From positions 1-42,311 of the forward strand of contig CAZSOF010000003.1 of the NCBI GenBank assembly GCA_964607685.1: 42,311 nt of DNA. The letters run 5' to 3'. The notes under the pieces are model-generated. The model was not told the origin of the DNA and made no database searches. It saw only the letters and a program-made list of their open reading frames with translations. Source of the stretch: an uncultured Acidimicrobiaceae bacterium. Its GTDB lineage: Bacteria; Actinomycetota; Acidimicrobiia; Spongiisociales; ZC4RG35. Position 1 is the first letter of the stretch. Each line of letters starts with the position of its first letter. The translations under genes were made by a program, and so were the position numbers. Shown in pieces: positions 1 through 8,909 of the stretch.

Positions 1-454
1 GCGCGTCGATGAGCTCGGTGCGCCATCCGAGCACCGACGCCAGATCGACCAGTGTTGTGGCCATCGGTGAACGGCCAACGACGACCAGCCTCGGCGTCGA
101 CGGAACAGGCTCGATGTAGATCTGGAGAGCTCCTTCCGATTGACACGCCATGGGAACCGAAATCATCCCCTCGGGCATGTGACCGAAATCCTCGGGGGCT
201 CCGAGGAGGATCAGTTGCGGCTCACCATCTGCAATCACACGTTGACCCTCGCGGATCACCACCGGCTCGGCGCAGGCGCCGCCGATCCACCCATGGATCT
301 CGCCGTCGGCAGTGATGATGGCCCGGGCCCCTTGATGGCCAGAGGAAGGCGCCTGGCGCCAGACGACCGTGGCGATCGCGAATTGAACCCCCTGGTCGGC
401 GAGCTCGCTCGCCTTCTCCAGGATTCGCCATCCTTCGCCCGGCCGAGGGTTCAT
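1..454 (-). CDS. XdhC/CoxI (CoxF-like) molybdoenzyme maturation protein; N-terminal part only, runs off the left edge
   Basis: Absent from the ORF track because it is open at the window edge. My translation of the reverse strand from ATG 454..452 gives [66 protein letters not shown]..., which fits the XdhC_CoxI N-terminal domain pattern. The ATG overlaps the coxL stop (ATGA at 451..454). Confidence 0.8.
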   Translation of the reverse strand, partial: MNPRPGEGWRILEKASELADQGVQFAIATVVWRQAPSSGHQGARAIITADGEIHGWIGGACAEPVVIREGQRVIADGEPQLILLGAPEDFGHMPEGMISVPMACQSEGALQIYIEPVPSTPRLVVVGRSPMATTLVDLASVLGWRTELIDA

Positions 455-2835
455 GCTTGGACCATCGTCGGCGGTGCGCCGCTCACGTCCTTGCCGTTCT
501 GCAGCGCCTCATAGACCCGATCGGGGAAAACGGGCATGTCGATATTGCGCACCCCGGTTCCCTTGAGAGCATCCATCACCGCATTCACGAAGGCGGCCGG
601 GCCGCCGACGGCAGCGCACTCGCCGATGCCCTTGGCCCCAATCGGGTGATGTGGACAGGGTGTCACGACGTCGTAGAGCTCGAAGCCTGGCGTCTCCCAC
701 GCGGTGGGGAGGAGGTAATCGGTGAAGTTGGCCCCGATGCAGTTGCCCTCTTCGTCGAAGGTGATGAACTGCATGTTGGCCATGGCGTAGGCCTCGGTGA
801 GGCCACCCATGATCTGACCCTCCACGATCATCGGGTTGATCCTCACCCCACAGTCGTCGACGGCAACCACACGCAACACGTCCCACACGCCGGTCTCGGG
901 GTCGACTTCCACGGTGGCGATATAGCAGGCGAACGGCCAGGTCAGGTTGGGTGGGTCGTAATAGGCGGTGTTCTCGAGGCCAGGCTCCATGCCGTCGGGC
1001 ATGTTGGAGTAGGCCGCGGCAGCGGCCTCCTGGATGGTTATTCCGCGCTCTGGCTGGCCGCGAACGTAGAAGCGACCCAGCTCCCACTCCACGTCCTCCT
1101 CGGAGATCTCGAGCAGGTGGGCGGCTATCTTGCGCGCTTTGGCCCTTATCTTGCGCGAGACCATGGCCACCGCGGCTCCGGCCACTGGCGTGCTCCTCGA
1201 GGCATAGGTTCCCATGCCGAAAGGCGCCGTGTCGGTGTCACCCTCTTCGACGACCACGTCCTCGGCCGGGATGCCGAGCTCGTGGGCCACGATTTGCGCC
1301 CATGTCGTCTCGTGTCCCTGACCCTGGGCGCGCGCCCCGGTGCGGAGCAGCGCTTTTCCGGTCATGTGGACCCGCAGCTCGGCGGCGTCGAACATCTTGA
1401 TGCCGAGCAGGTCGTACTCCCGGCTGTTGCCCGCGCCCAGCGGCTCGGTCATCACCGATATGCCAATGCCCAGCAGCCGCCCCCGCTTGGCCGCCTCCTC
1501 CTTCTGCCTGAGGAAGTCCTGGTAGCCGATGGCTTGGAGACCGACATCGAGGCACTTGCCATATTGTCCGGAGTCGGTCAGGAAACCGAACGGAGTCCTG
1601 TGTGGGAAGTCGTCGTCGCGGACGAGGTTGATGCGCCGGAACTCGGCTTGGTCCATTCCCAGGTCATCGGCCGCGGCCTGAACCATCCTCTCCTGGAAGA
1701 ACATCGCCTCCGTCACCCGGAAAGAGCAGCGGTAGGCCACTCCGCCGGGCGCCTTGTTGGAGTAGACGCCCTTTGCCACCAGATGGGCGTTGGGGATGTC
1801 GTAACAAGAGAAGGCCGAGTGGATGAGACCCAGCTTGAACTTCGAAGGCTGGGCGTCGGAGAAGAAGGCTCCGTGGTCGGCCACAGTGTTCATTCGAACC
1901 CCGAGGATGCGGCCGTCCCTGCGCATGGCGATCTCGCCCTCGAGGTAGACGTCACGGGCGAACCCGGTGGAGATCAGGTTTCCGGTGCGGTCTTCGACCC
2001 ATTTCACCGGGCGCTCCAGGAGCACGGAGGCCAGGATCGAGACCACGTAGCCGGGATACACCGGCACCTTGTTGCCGAAGCCCCCACCGATGTCGGGGGA
2101 GATGATCCTGATCATGTGCTCGGGGAGCTCGGCTACGAGCGCCACTGCTGCCCGGTGGATGTGGGGCGCCTGGCTGGTCAGGTAGACGGTGAGCTTCGAC
2201 GTCGCGCGGTTGAAGTCGGCTATCGAGCCACAGCACTCGATGGGCGCCGGATGTGAGCGCGGGTAGAAGAGCTCGATTTTCGAGACGACATCGGCCTCGG
2301 CAAAGGCCCGGTCGGTTCCCTCCTTGTCGCCCACCTCCCAGTCATAGATCACGTTGTCTGGTTGATTGTCCTTGTCGTCTCGGATCACGGGGGCGTCGTC
2401 CGCCAGTGATTGAGTCGGGTTGACGAGCACCGGCAGTGGCTCGTAGTCGACGACTATGGCCTGGCACGCATCCTTGGCTATGTAGGGGTCGTCGGCGATG
2501 ACACAGGCGACCTCCTGGCCCTGGAACCGGACCTTGTCCGTCGCCAAGACCGCCTGGGTGTCATAGGAGAGGGTTGGCATCCAGGCGAGGTTGCGCGCAG
2601 CCAGAGTCTCTCCGGTGAGCACCAGTCTGACCCCGGGCATGGCCCACGCCTTGGAGGCGTCGATCGAGTTGATCTTGGCGTGCGCCAGCGGGCTGCGCAG
2701 GATCTCCATGTGGAGCATGTCCGGAAGTGTTATGTCGTCGAAGTAGTTGCCCTTGCCGCGAATCAGGCGGTGGTCTTCGACTCGACGGCGGCTGGCTCCC
2801 AATCCGCCGATCTTGACCTCGTCGAGCGCTGTCAC
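451..2835 (-). CDS. coxL: Aerobic carbon monoxide dehydrogenase large (molybdopterin) subunit, form I
   Basis: Xanthine-dehydrogenase-family molybdopterin subunit. It carries the form-I CODH active-site signature [14 protein letters not shown] place the start at GTG 2835, where the protein begins [11 protein letters not shown] and overlaps the coxS stop as GTGA. The 33 upstream codons in the track ORF overlap coxS and are Arg/Gly-rich. Confidence 0.93.
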   Translation of the reverse strand: MTALDEVKIGGLGASRRRVEDHRLIRGKGNYFDDITLPDMLHMEILRSPLAHAKINSIDASKAWAMPGVRLVLTGETLAARNLAWMPTLSYDTQAVLATDKVRFQGQEVACVIADDPYIAKDACQAIVVDYEPLPVLVNPTQSLADDAPVIRDDKDNQPDNVIYDWEVGDKEGTDRAFAEADVVSKIELFYPRSHPAPIECCGSIADFNRATSKLTVYLTSQAPHIHRAAVALVAELPEHMIRIISPDIGGGFGNKVPVYPGYVVSILASVLLERPVKWVEDRTGNLISTGFARDVYLEGEIAMRRDGRILGVRMNTVADHGAFFSDAQPSKFKLGLIHSAFSCYDIPNAHLVAKGVYSNKAPGGVAYRCSFRVTEAMFFQERMVQAAADDLGMDQAEFRRINLVRDDDFPHRTPFGFLTDSGQYGKCLDVGLQAIGYQDFLRQKEEAAKRGRLLGIGISVMTEPLGAGNSREYDLLGIKMFDAAELRVHMTGKALLRTGARAQGQGHETTWAQIVAHELGIPAEDVVVEEGDTDTAPFGMGTYASRSTPVAGAAVAMVSRKIRAKARKIAAHLLEISEEDVEWELGRFYVRGQPERGITIQEAAAAAYSNMPDGMEPGLENTAYYDPPNLTWPFACYIATVEVDPETGVWDVLRVVAVDDCGVRINPMIVEGQIMGGLTEAYAMANMQFITFDEEGNCIGANFTDYLLPTAWETPGFELYDVVTPCPHHPIGAKGIGECAAVGGPAAFVNAVMDALKGTGVRNIDMPVFPDRVYEALQNGKDVSGAPPTMVQA

Positions 2836-3383
2836 GCCACCACCTCCGTATCCGATGTATCGCCGGCACCACCCAGCTTGTCCGCGGCCCACATCACGGC
2901 CTTGACGATGTTCTGGTAGCCGGTGCACCGGCACAGGTTGCCGCCCAGCGCCCAGCGAATCTCCTCTTCACTGGGGTTGGGGTTCTCGTCGAGTAGCGCC
3001 TTGGAGGTCAGCATCATCCCCGGTGTGCAGAATCCGCATTGCAGTCCGTGCTCGGTCGAGAAGCCCTCCTGGATCGCGTGCAACTCGCTGGGGCCGGCCA
3101 ACCCCTCGACCGTCGTGACCTCGTGACCATCGGCCTGGACGGCGAGCATGGTGCAGCTCTTGATGGGCTTACCGTCGAAGAGGACCGTGCAGGCCCCGCA
3201 ATTCGTCGTGTCACAACCGATGTGGGTTCCCGTCAGCTGCAATCCCTGTCGTAGCAGGTGGACCAGCAACAGACGTGGCTCCACCACTGCCGACCGGCGC
3301 TCCCCGTTCACGGTGACGGTGATCTGGCGAACCGGGACCTCGTCGGCCGGGGTCGGGCTGACCTCCTCGAACAAGCTCGTCAT
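2832..3383 (-). CDS. coxS: CO dehydrogenase small subunit, [2Fe-2S] x2
   Basis: Both 2Fe-2S cysteine motifs are present: [11 protein letters not shown] and CGFCTPG...CRCTGY. It lies between coxM and coxL in the form-I MSL order. Confidence 0.95.
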   Translation of the reverse strand: MTSLFEEVSPTPADEVPVRQITVTVNGERRSAVVEPRLLLVHLLRQGLQLTGTHIGCDTTNCGACTVLFDGKPIKSCTMLAVQADGHEVTTVEGLAGPSELHAIQEGFSTEHGLQCGFCTPGMMLTSKALLDENPNPSEEEIRWALGGNLCRCTGYQNIVKAVMWAADKLGGAGDTSDTEVVA

Positions 3384-3384
3384 G

Positions 3385-4314
3385 TCAGGCAGCCTCCTCG
3401 CTCGAAGTCATCAGACCGGTCAACAGGCGACGGGTGAAGACGCGCACCAGCTGTCGCTTGAACTCGGCGTTCCCGCGGTGGTCGGTGTGCGGTTGCGCCT
3501 CGCCCGCGGCGAGCTCGGCTGACTCGCCGATTGCTTCTGCCGAGAGGGGCCCGCCGACGAGAACAGCGGCGGCTCCGTCCGCCGATATGGTCGAGCTCCC
3601 AACCCCGGTGAGCCCGATGCCGGCTCGCACGACGTCGTTGCCCACGCGGTCGATGGCGACCGCCACACCGGCCGTGGCGAAGTCGCCGACACGACGCTCC
3701 AGCTTCAGGTAGCCGCCGCTGGCCACTCCCTGCGAAGCGGGGACTACGGCCTCGATGGCGACTTCGTCTGCGTCGAGAGTGTTCTGGAACGGACCGCTCA
3801 CCAAGTCCTTTATGGAGATGGCACGTCGACCGCGGCGGCTGTAGACGACCACCGAGGCGTCCAGCGCCATCATCACGGAGGCCCAATCGCCCTGTGGGTC
3901 CGCGTGACACAACGAACCCAGGAGTGTCCCTCGATTGCGCACGATCGGGTCGGCTACCAGCGGAGCCGCCGACATCATCGTTGGCTGGTGCTCGGCGAGC
4001 ACAGCCGACCGCTCGAGCGCTGCGTGCCGGCACAGTGCCCCGATCCGGATCGTCCCATCGGGGTCCCGCTCGTGATAGTCGAGGCCTTGGATCTCATTGA
4101 TGTCCACCAACATCTCGGGCGATGCGAAGCGAAGCTTCAACATCGGGATCAGGCTCTGACCCCCGGCAAGGATCCTGGCTTCACCGCCGCCCTCTGCGAG
4201 GAGCGCGGAGGCCTCTTCCAGCGAGCGTGGCGCTTCGTACTTGAGTCGTGGTGGGTAGATGGCGGCCTCCTCGTCAGTCCTGGTCAGCGCCGCCTTGTCC
4301 TCCGGCGGGCTCAC
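3385..4314 (-). CDS. coxM: CO dehydrogenase medium subunit, FAD-binding
   Basis: FAD_binding_5/CO_deh_flav_C-like sequence ([19 protein letters not shown]...[17 protein letters not shown]). The stop lies 1 nt before the coxS ATG. GTG 4314 is the only canonical start in frame. Confidence 0.92.
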   Translation of the reverse strand: MSPPEDKAALTRTDEEAAIYPPRLKYEAPRSLEEASALLAEGGGEARILAGGQSLIPMLKLRFASPEMLVDINEIQGLDYHERDPDGTIRIGALCRHAALERSAVLAEHQPTMMSAAPLVADPIVRNRGTLLGSLCHADPQGDWASVMMALDASVVVYSRRGRRAISIKDLVSGPFQNTLDADEVAIEAVVPASQGVASGGYLKLERRVGDFATAGVAVAIDRVGNDVVRAGIGLTGVGSSTISADGAAAVLVGGPLSAEAIGESAELAAGEAQPHTDHRGNAEFKRQLVRVFTRRLLTGLMTSSEEAA

Positions 4315-4546
4315 GTGGGGAGGATTGGGGGTCGGGAACTGCGATGGGAAGTGACTCGTCGGTGGGATCGGGTCGCGGCTCCTGGTGAGGCGGCCACGGG
4401 CCCTGGACCGGCTGGCCGGCCACTTTGAAGTACTCGATGATCTCGGGCCATGCCCAGATCGTGCTTCTTCCCGTCTTCGGGGTGTGCTCGATCAATTCGT
4501 ACACTCTCGGATTGCCCTGGCTGCGCCCTGTTCCTGGGTCCGTCAT
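4274..4546 (-). CDS. Hypothetical small protein (90 aa) between coxE and coxM
   Basis: Starts at ATG 4546, whose ATGA overlaps the stop of the upstream 60-aa ORF. Third codon positions are mostly G/C. The segment RVYELIEHTPKTGRSTIWAWPEII loosely resembles an AlpA/excisionase-type helix-turn-helix. The 3' end overlaps the coxM start by 41 nt. I recognise no family. Confidence 0.35.
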   Translation of the reverse strand: MTDPGTGRSQGNPRVYELIEHTPKTGRSTIWAWPEIIEYFKVAGQPVQGPWPPHQEPRPDPTDESLPIAVPDPQSSPREPAGGQGGADQD

Positions 4547-4725
4547 CGGTCGTTCTCGAGACAATTCGGGAACTCGACGTAGTCGATCCGCATGGGCTTG
4601 AGAGCTGGAACCACCAACGACCTCCTCTTGCCTGTCCCAATCCGAATGATCAGTGTCACTGGCTTGCTCAGCCTACACACGAGACCGAGTTCGGGAGGCC
4701 CCGAGCGGGATTTCTTCGGGGACAT
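4543..4725 (-). CDS. Hypothetical small basic protein (60 aa)
   Basis: An ATG-initiated ORF in the same direction as the cox genes. Its stop is coupled by ATGA to the next small ORF. It has no recognisable domain and could instead be non-coding leader. Confidence 0.25.
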   Translation of the reverse strand: MSPKKSRSGPPELGLVCRLSKPVTLIIRIGTGKRRSLVVPALKPMRIDYVEFPNCLENDR

Positions 4726-4794
4726 GGGCGAGACCCCCGGACCGGAGCGAATCGGGTGTGTCCAGTCGCGCTGAACACGACCGACGGAATGCTC

Positions 4795-5940
4795 TCATCT
4801 TCCCCGGAGACTCAGCGAGTCGAGTAACCGCACCACGCCGCGCAGGTCCATGACGCTTGCTGCCGGGAGCAGATGATCGACATAGGGCAACACGGCCTGC
4901 ATGCCCCTGGTGGCCGGTCGGTAGTCAGCACGTGCAGCCAACGGATTCAGCCAGATCACACGGTGCACGCTTCGTGACATCCGCGCCATCTCCGTGGCGA
5001 GTGTTGCGGGGTCACCACAATCCCAGCCATCGGAGAGGATGAGTGCGATTGGCCCACCCCGGGAGAGCCTCCTGCTCCAGTCACGGTTCCACTCGACGAA
5101 TGCGTTCCCGATCATGGTGCCACCGGACCAGTCGCGGACCGAGGCGCCGACACTCGCCAGGGCACTCTTGGTGTCCCGTCGCTTGAGATCCTCCGTGACA
5201 CGGGTGAGCTCGGTGGAGAACGTGAACACTTCCACGTTGTCCATCCTGCGCTGTGCAGCATGGGCGAACACCAGAAAGAGCTCGGCGTACTTCTCCATGG
5301 ACCCCGAGATGTCGGCGATGATGATCAGGGGACGCTGTTTGAGTCGTCGTCGGCGACGGACGATGGGCACCAGGTCCCCATCCGGCTTCACGGTTCGGCG
5401 AAGTGTCCGGCGAAGGTCTGGAGTGGGGCCTGAGGCCGCTGTCACCCATCGTCTCGTCTTGATGTCGGAAGGCTGCCACATCATGGCCATCACCACGCGA
5501 CGGGCCTCGATCAACTCGTCCTCGTCGAGTTCGGCGAAGTCCCGGTGATCGATCCTCCTTGTGGCGGACGCCCCAGCCTGTGACTCCGCCTCCATCGGCT
5601 CGGCTTCGCTGAAGGACTTCAGGATCGGTTTGACTGCAGTCTTGGATTCGGAGCTGGATTGCTGCTCGGCCGGGATCCCTGGTTGGAACAGGCTCTCGAA
5701 GAATTGGCTGAACACCTCGTCGAAGGGCACCCGCTGGTCGGGGTCGGTGATCGACAACGACCGAAGGGAGGAGTAGACCTGGCTTCGGCTGGAGGCATCG
5801 ACCAGCGTGATGGCTACAGCCATCTCTGCCACCTGGTCCGGGGTGACCGTCAGGCCTCGGGCTCGCAACGCGTCGGCGAAACTCGCCAGATCTCGAATCG
5901 ACCCGCGGCGACCCCTGGAGGCCTGCTCCTCCCGAGTCAT
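4795..5940 (-). CDS. coxE: VWA domain-containing CoxE-like protein
   Basis: The C-terminal von Willebrand A domain has a MIDAS-like IIIADISGSM motif. It follows the MoxR ATPase, as in cox accessory modules. Confidence 0.88.
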   Translation of the reverse strand: MTREEQASRGRRGSIRDLASFADALRARGLTVTPDQVAEMAVAITLVDASSRSQVYSSLRSLSITDPDQRVPFDEVFSQFFESLFQPGIPAEQQSSSESKTAVKPILKSFSEAEPMEAESQAGASATRRIDHRDFAELDEDELIEARRVVMAMMWQPSDIKTRRWVTAASGPTPDLRRTLRRTVKPDGDLVPIVRRRRRLKQRPLIIIADISGSMEKYAELFLVFAHAAQRRMDNVEVFTFSTELTRVTEDLKRRDTKSALASVGASVRDWSGGTMIGNAFVEWNRDWSRRLSRGGPIALILSDGWDCGDPATLATEMARMSRSVHRVIWLNPLAARADYRPATRGMQAVLPYVDHLLPAASVMDLRGVVRLLDSLSLRGR

Positions 5941-5950
5941 TTCCTGGGGC

Positions 5951-5973
5951 CGAGCCTCGTTTCATGAGGCTCG
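5951..5973 (-). other. Perfect 8-bp stem / 7-nt loop hairpin in the coxD-coxE spacer
   Basis: On the plus strand, CGAGCCTC (5951..5958) pairs with GAGGCTCG (5966..5973) around the loop GTTTCAT. On the mRNA strand the hairpin ends 10 nt before the coxE ATG (5940), just upstream of an AGGAA Shine-Dalgarno-like element. Confidence 0.6.
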
Positions 5974-5983
5974 AACGTCATTT

Positions 5984-6008
5984 CATGACGCGTCTCATGA
6001 CGCGTCAT
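5984..6008. repeat. Tandem direct repeat CATGACGCGTC x2 containing the perfect 12-bp palindrome ATGACGCGTCAT
   Basis: CATGACGCGTC occurs at 5984..5994 and 5996..6006, a 12-bp period. ATGACGCGTCAT at 5997..6008 is self-complementary and contains the coxD stop codon (6005..6007). A further inverted pair, CGTCAT/ATGACG, lies at 5976..5990. Confidence 0.7.
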
Positions 6009-6883
6009 CCCACCAGAGCCTCCACCCCGGTCTCCCGAACCGCATCGATATCGTCCTTGTACTTGAGGACCACCCCCAGGGTTCGATCCACGACACCGGG
6101 CGTCAGCTCGCCGTCGTGGAGAAGTCTCAGCGATTCAGCCCAGTCGAGAGTCTCGGCGACACCCGGCGGCTTGAAGAGGTCCATGTCACGCAGGCGCTCC
6201 ATCGCTCTCGCCAAGCTGACGGCCAGCTCGGCTTCGATGTCGGGAACCTTTCTCCGCACGATGGAGGCTTCGAGGTCGGGTGTCGGATAGTCGATCCAGT
6301 GGTAGACACAGCGACGCTTCAAAGCGTCGTGGATCTCACGTGTGCGATTGGAGGTCAGGATCACCACCGGAGGATCATCGGCCTTGATGGTGCCGATCTC
6401 CGGGATGGAGACCTGGAAGTCGGAGAGGAGTTCGAGCAGAAAGGCCTCGAACTCCTCATCGGCGCGATCCAACTCGTCGATGAGCAGCACCGGGCGTCTC
6501 CCGTCACGGGCGGCCTCGATCGCTTGGAGCAGGGGACGGGCGATCAGGAAGTCCCGGCTCATGATGTCCCTCGCCGTGGCCGTGGAGCCCTCGCCTCGTG
6601 CTTCGAGGAGACGGATCTCCATCATCTGGAGCGCATAGTCCCATTCATACAGGGCATGACTGACGTCCAGACCCTCGTAGCACTGGAGCCTGATCAGCTC
6701 CTCACCGGCGATTGCGGCCAGGACCTTGGCCACTTCGGTCTTGCCCACGCCTGCTTCGCCTTCGAGAAACAATGGCCTGCCCAACTGCAATGCGAGATGG
6801 ATGGCGACAGTCAGGTCCTCGCCGGCGAAGTAGTCCTGGTCGTCCAGGGCCGCGCCCAGCTCCTCGATGGTCGAAGGAATCAC
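6005..6883 (-). CDS. coxD: MoxR-family AAA+ ATPase (CoxD-like)
   Basis: Walker A GEAGVGKT and Walker B LLIDELDRA are present. MoxR-like length (292 aa). It is paired with the downstream VWA protein. Confidence 0.9.
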   Translation of the reverse strand: MIPSTIEELGAALDDQDYFAGEDLTVAIHLALQLGRPLFLEGEAGVGKTEVAKVLAAIAGEELIRLQCYEGLDVSHALYEWDYALQMMEIRLLEARGEGSTATARDIMSRDFLIARPLLQAIEAARDGRRPVLLIDELDRADEEFEAFLLELLSDFQVSIPEIGTIKADDPPVVILTSNRTREIHDALKRRCVYHWIDYPTPDLEASIVRRKVPDIEAELAVSLARAMERLRDMDLFKPPGVAETLDWAESLRLLHDGELTPGVVDRTLGVVLKYKDDIDAVRETGVEALVG

Positions 6884-6923
6884 CCGAACAGGTTAAGTGC
6901 TCAGTGTCATAACCTGTAGCGCC

Positions 6924-8258
6924 ATGTTCGAGGGGTTGACCCAGCGTTTCGAGTCGGTCTTCAGCACCCTGAGGGGCAAGGGCAAGCTGTCCGAAAAAGA
7001 CATCGATCAGGCGGTTCGCGAGGTTCGTCTCGCCCTACTCGAGGCTGACGTCAACGTGGCCGTGGTCAGGACGTTTCTGGCTCGGGTAAAGCAAAGAGCT
7101 CTGGGTGAGGACGTCTCCAAGTCGATCACACCCGCGCAGCAACTGGTCAAGATCGTTCATGAGGAGCTGGTCACGACACTGGGCTCGACGAGCGCGGGCC
7201 TGGTCAAGACTTCTCCACCTCTGGTCATCCTGATGGTCGGATTGCAGGGCTCGGGCAAGACCACGACTGCGGCCAAGCTCGCCCGCCGGCTTCGGAGCCA
7301 GGGGAGGAAGCCACTGCTCGTGGCTGCAGATCTGCAGCGGCCGGCGGCCATCGACCAGTTGGAGACCCTGGGAACGCGGATCGACGTTCCGGTGCTCGTC
7401 GACCGCGACGGCAAGGCTCCGAGGCTCGCCAAGTCGGCCCTCAAGGAGGCTGGCCGCAGGGGCCACGACACGGTGATAGTCGACACCGCAGGCCGTCTCC
7501 AGATCGACGATGCGCTGATGAAGGAGCTGTCGGCGGTGCGAAAAGCAAGCGAGGCCGATGAGGTTCTCTTGGTGGTCGACGCCATGACCGGTCAGGACGC
7601 CGTGAACGTGGCCGAGGGCTTTCAGTCTCGGATCGGCCTCACCGGGATCATCCTCTCCAAGCTCGACGGTGACGCCCGTGGCGGGGCGGCCATCTCGGTG
7701 CGGGAAGTGACCGGAGCGCCGGTGAAGTACGCAGGCGTGGGCGAAGGCCTCGACGACCTGGAGCCATTTCATCCCGATCGGATGGCAAGCCGCATCCTGG
7801 GGATGGGTGACGTTCTGACGCTCATCGAAAAGGCGGAGACTGTCTTTGACGAGAAGGAGGCGGAGGAGACCGCCCGCCGCATGCAGAAGGGGGAGTTCAC
7901 GCTGGAGGACTTCCTCGCCCAGTTCGAGGCAATGAAGTCGATGGGGCCTCTGCAAGACATCCTTGCTATGCTCCCCGGGTCCGGATCGCTCCTACGCGAG
8001 GTCGATGTTGACGATCGCGACCTCAAACGGGTCGAGGCCATCATCCAGTCGATGACCCCCGAAGAGCGCCGGGCCCCCAGAGTCATCGGTGGGAGCCGCA
8101 AGCGCCGAATCGCGTCTGGCTCGGGCACGACGCCCCAGGACGTGAATAGGGTCCTCAAGCAGTTCACCGAGGCACAGAAGATGATGAAGACGCTGGCCGG
8201 AGGTCGGGGCATGCCGTCACTCGAGGCCCTTACCGGTGGTCGGCGGATCAGGAAGTGA
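6924..8258 (+). CDS. ffh: Signal recognition particle protein Ffh
   Basis: The protein begins MFEGLTQRFESVF. It has the SRP54 N and G domains (GLQGSGKTTTAAKLA, DTAGR, KLDGDARGG) and a Met-rich M domain. ATG 6924 is preferred over the 9-codon-longer start in the track. Confidence 0.96.
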   Translation: MFEGLTQRFESVFSTLRGKGKLSEKDIDQAVREVRLALLEADVNVAVVRTFLARVKQRALGEDVSKSITPAQQLVKIVHEELVTTLGSTSAGLVKTSPPLVILMVGLQGSGKTTTAAKLARRLRSQGRKPLLVAADLQRPAAIDQLETLGTRIDVPVLVDRDGKAPRLAKSALKEAGRRGHDTVIVDTAGRLQIDDALMKELSAVRKASEADEVLLVVDAMTGQDAVNVAEGFQSRIGLTGIILSKLDGDARGGAAISVREVTGAPVKYAGVGEGLDDLEPFHPDRMASRILGMGDVLTLIEKAETVFDEKEAEETARRMQKGEFTLEDFLAQFEAMKSMGPLQDILAMLPGSGSLLREVDVDDRDLKRVEAIIQSMTPEERRAPRVIGGSRKRRIASGSGTTPQDVNRVLKQFTEAQKMMKTLAGGRGMPSLEALTGGRRIRK

Positions 8259-8274
8259 CCCAAGAGGTGATTAG

Positions 8275-8655
8275 ATGGCCGTCAGATTGAGACTGATGCG
8301 GATGGGCAAGAAGCGCCAGCCCGTCTATCGCGTCGTCGTCATGGACCAACGTGCTCCCCGCGATGGTCGCTATATCGAACAGATCGGGCGCTATGACGCC
8401 CGTCAGGAACCGTCCCTGGTCGAGATCGACAACGAACGTGCCGCCGACTGGCTCGCCAAGGGTGCTCGGCCATCGGAGACCGTGGAGAAGCTGCTCAACA
8501 TCTCCGGCGCGATGAACACCATGAAGATCCAAGGCGGTGGTATTCATGTGATAGGTGCCGACCAGACCTCAGATGAGGCGGTTGCCGAGACCGAAGCAGT
8601 CGAGGCCGAGGTCGCGGAAGAGGCCGCCGACGAGGCTTCCACCGAGGAGGAATGA
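8275..8655 (+). CDS. rpsP: 30S ribosomal protein S16, with acidic C-terminal tail
   Basis: The N-terminus MAVRLRLMRMGKKRQPVYRVVVMDQRAPRDGRYIEQIGRYD is canonical S16. Confidence 0.96.
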   Translation: MAVRLRLMRMGKKRQPVYRVVVMDQRAPRDGRYIEQIGRYDARQEPSLVEIDNERAADWLAKGARPSETVEKLLNISGAMNTMKIQGGGIHVIGADQTSDEAVAETEAVEAEVAEEAADEASTEEE

Positions 8656-8909
8656 GTTTGTCCAAGGGCGAAATCGTCGAGCGGGTCGTCACGTATGTGG
8701 TCAAGAGCATTGTCGAGGATCCGGATGCCGTTCAGGTGACCATGGTCGAGCAAGGCCCGGATGAGGTTCTGGTCGAAGTCCGCACGGCCAAGACCGACAT
8801 GGGTCGCGTCATCGGGCGCCGGGGACGGGTTGCGAAGGCGATTCGCGCCGCTGCCGGTGCCGCCGGCGAGGAGGAGGGGATCAGCGCTGGAGTCGAGTTC
8901 CTCGACTGA
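8652..8909 (+). CDS. KH domain-containing RNA-binding protein (UPF0109/YlqC-like)
   Basis: GRVIGRRGRVAKAIR matches the GXXG KH motif. It sits in the conserved position between rpsP and rimM. The start overlaps the rpsP stop as ATGA. Confidence 0.88.
   Translation: MSLSKGEIVERVVTYVVKSIVEDPDAVQVTMVEQGPDEVLVEVRTAKTDMGRVIGRRGRVAKAIRAAAGAAGEEEGISAGVEFLD

Noticed and set aside
457-2256. 599-aa plus-strand ORF, with the shorter ORFs at 140..514 and 951..1400, opposite coxL
   Set aside because: It is antisense to a gene with unmistakable CoxL motifs. Its product is Arg/Gly/His/Val/Asp-rich with no recognisable domain. This is a typical shadow ORF of high-GC DNA, where stop codons are rare in all frames.
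4274-4725. The two ATGA-coupled small ORFs as a toxin-antitoxin pair or defence module
   Set aside because: The size and coupling fit superficially, but neither peptide resembles any toxin or antitoxin family I can recognise. The location inside a metabolic operon argues for a cox-related role or a non-coding leader. It is kept as an open finding, not as a TA call.
4565-4794. Molybdenum-cofactor (Moco) riboswitch upstream of coxMSL
   Set aside because: The context is attractive and a GGCCUCCCGA element is present. I cannot reconstruct the Moco-motif consensus or a convincing multi-stem fold by eye, so it is not called as a feature. A cmsearch with RF01055 would decide.
3380-5965. Alternative-frame same-strand ORFs over coxM and coxE (3380..4033 at 217 aa; 5081..5965 at 294 aa; 4311..4640 at 109 aa)
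   Set aside because: All are Arg/Pro/Gly/Ser-rich translations of frames that overlap genes with strong family motifs. I found no evidence for overprinting.
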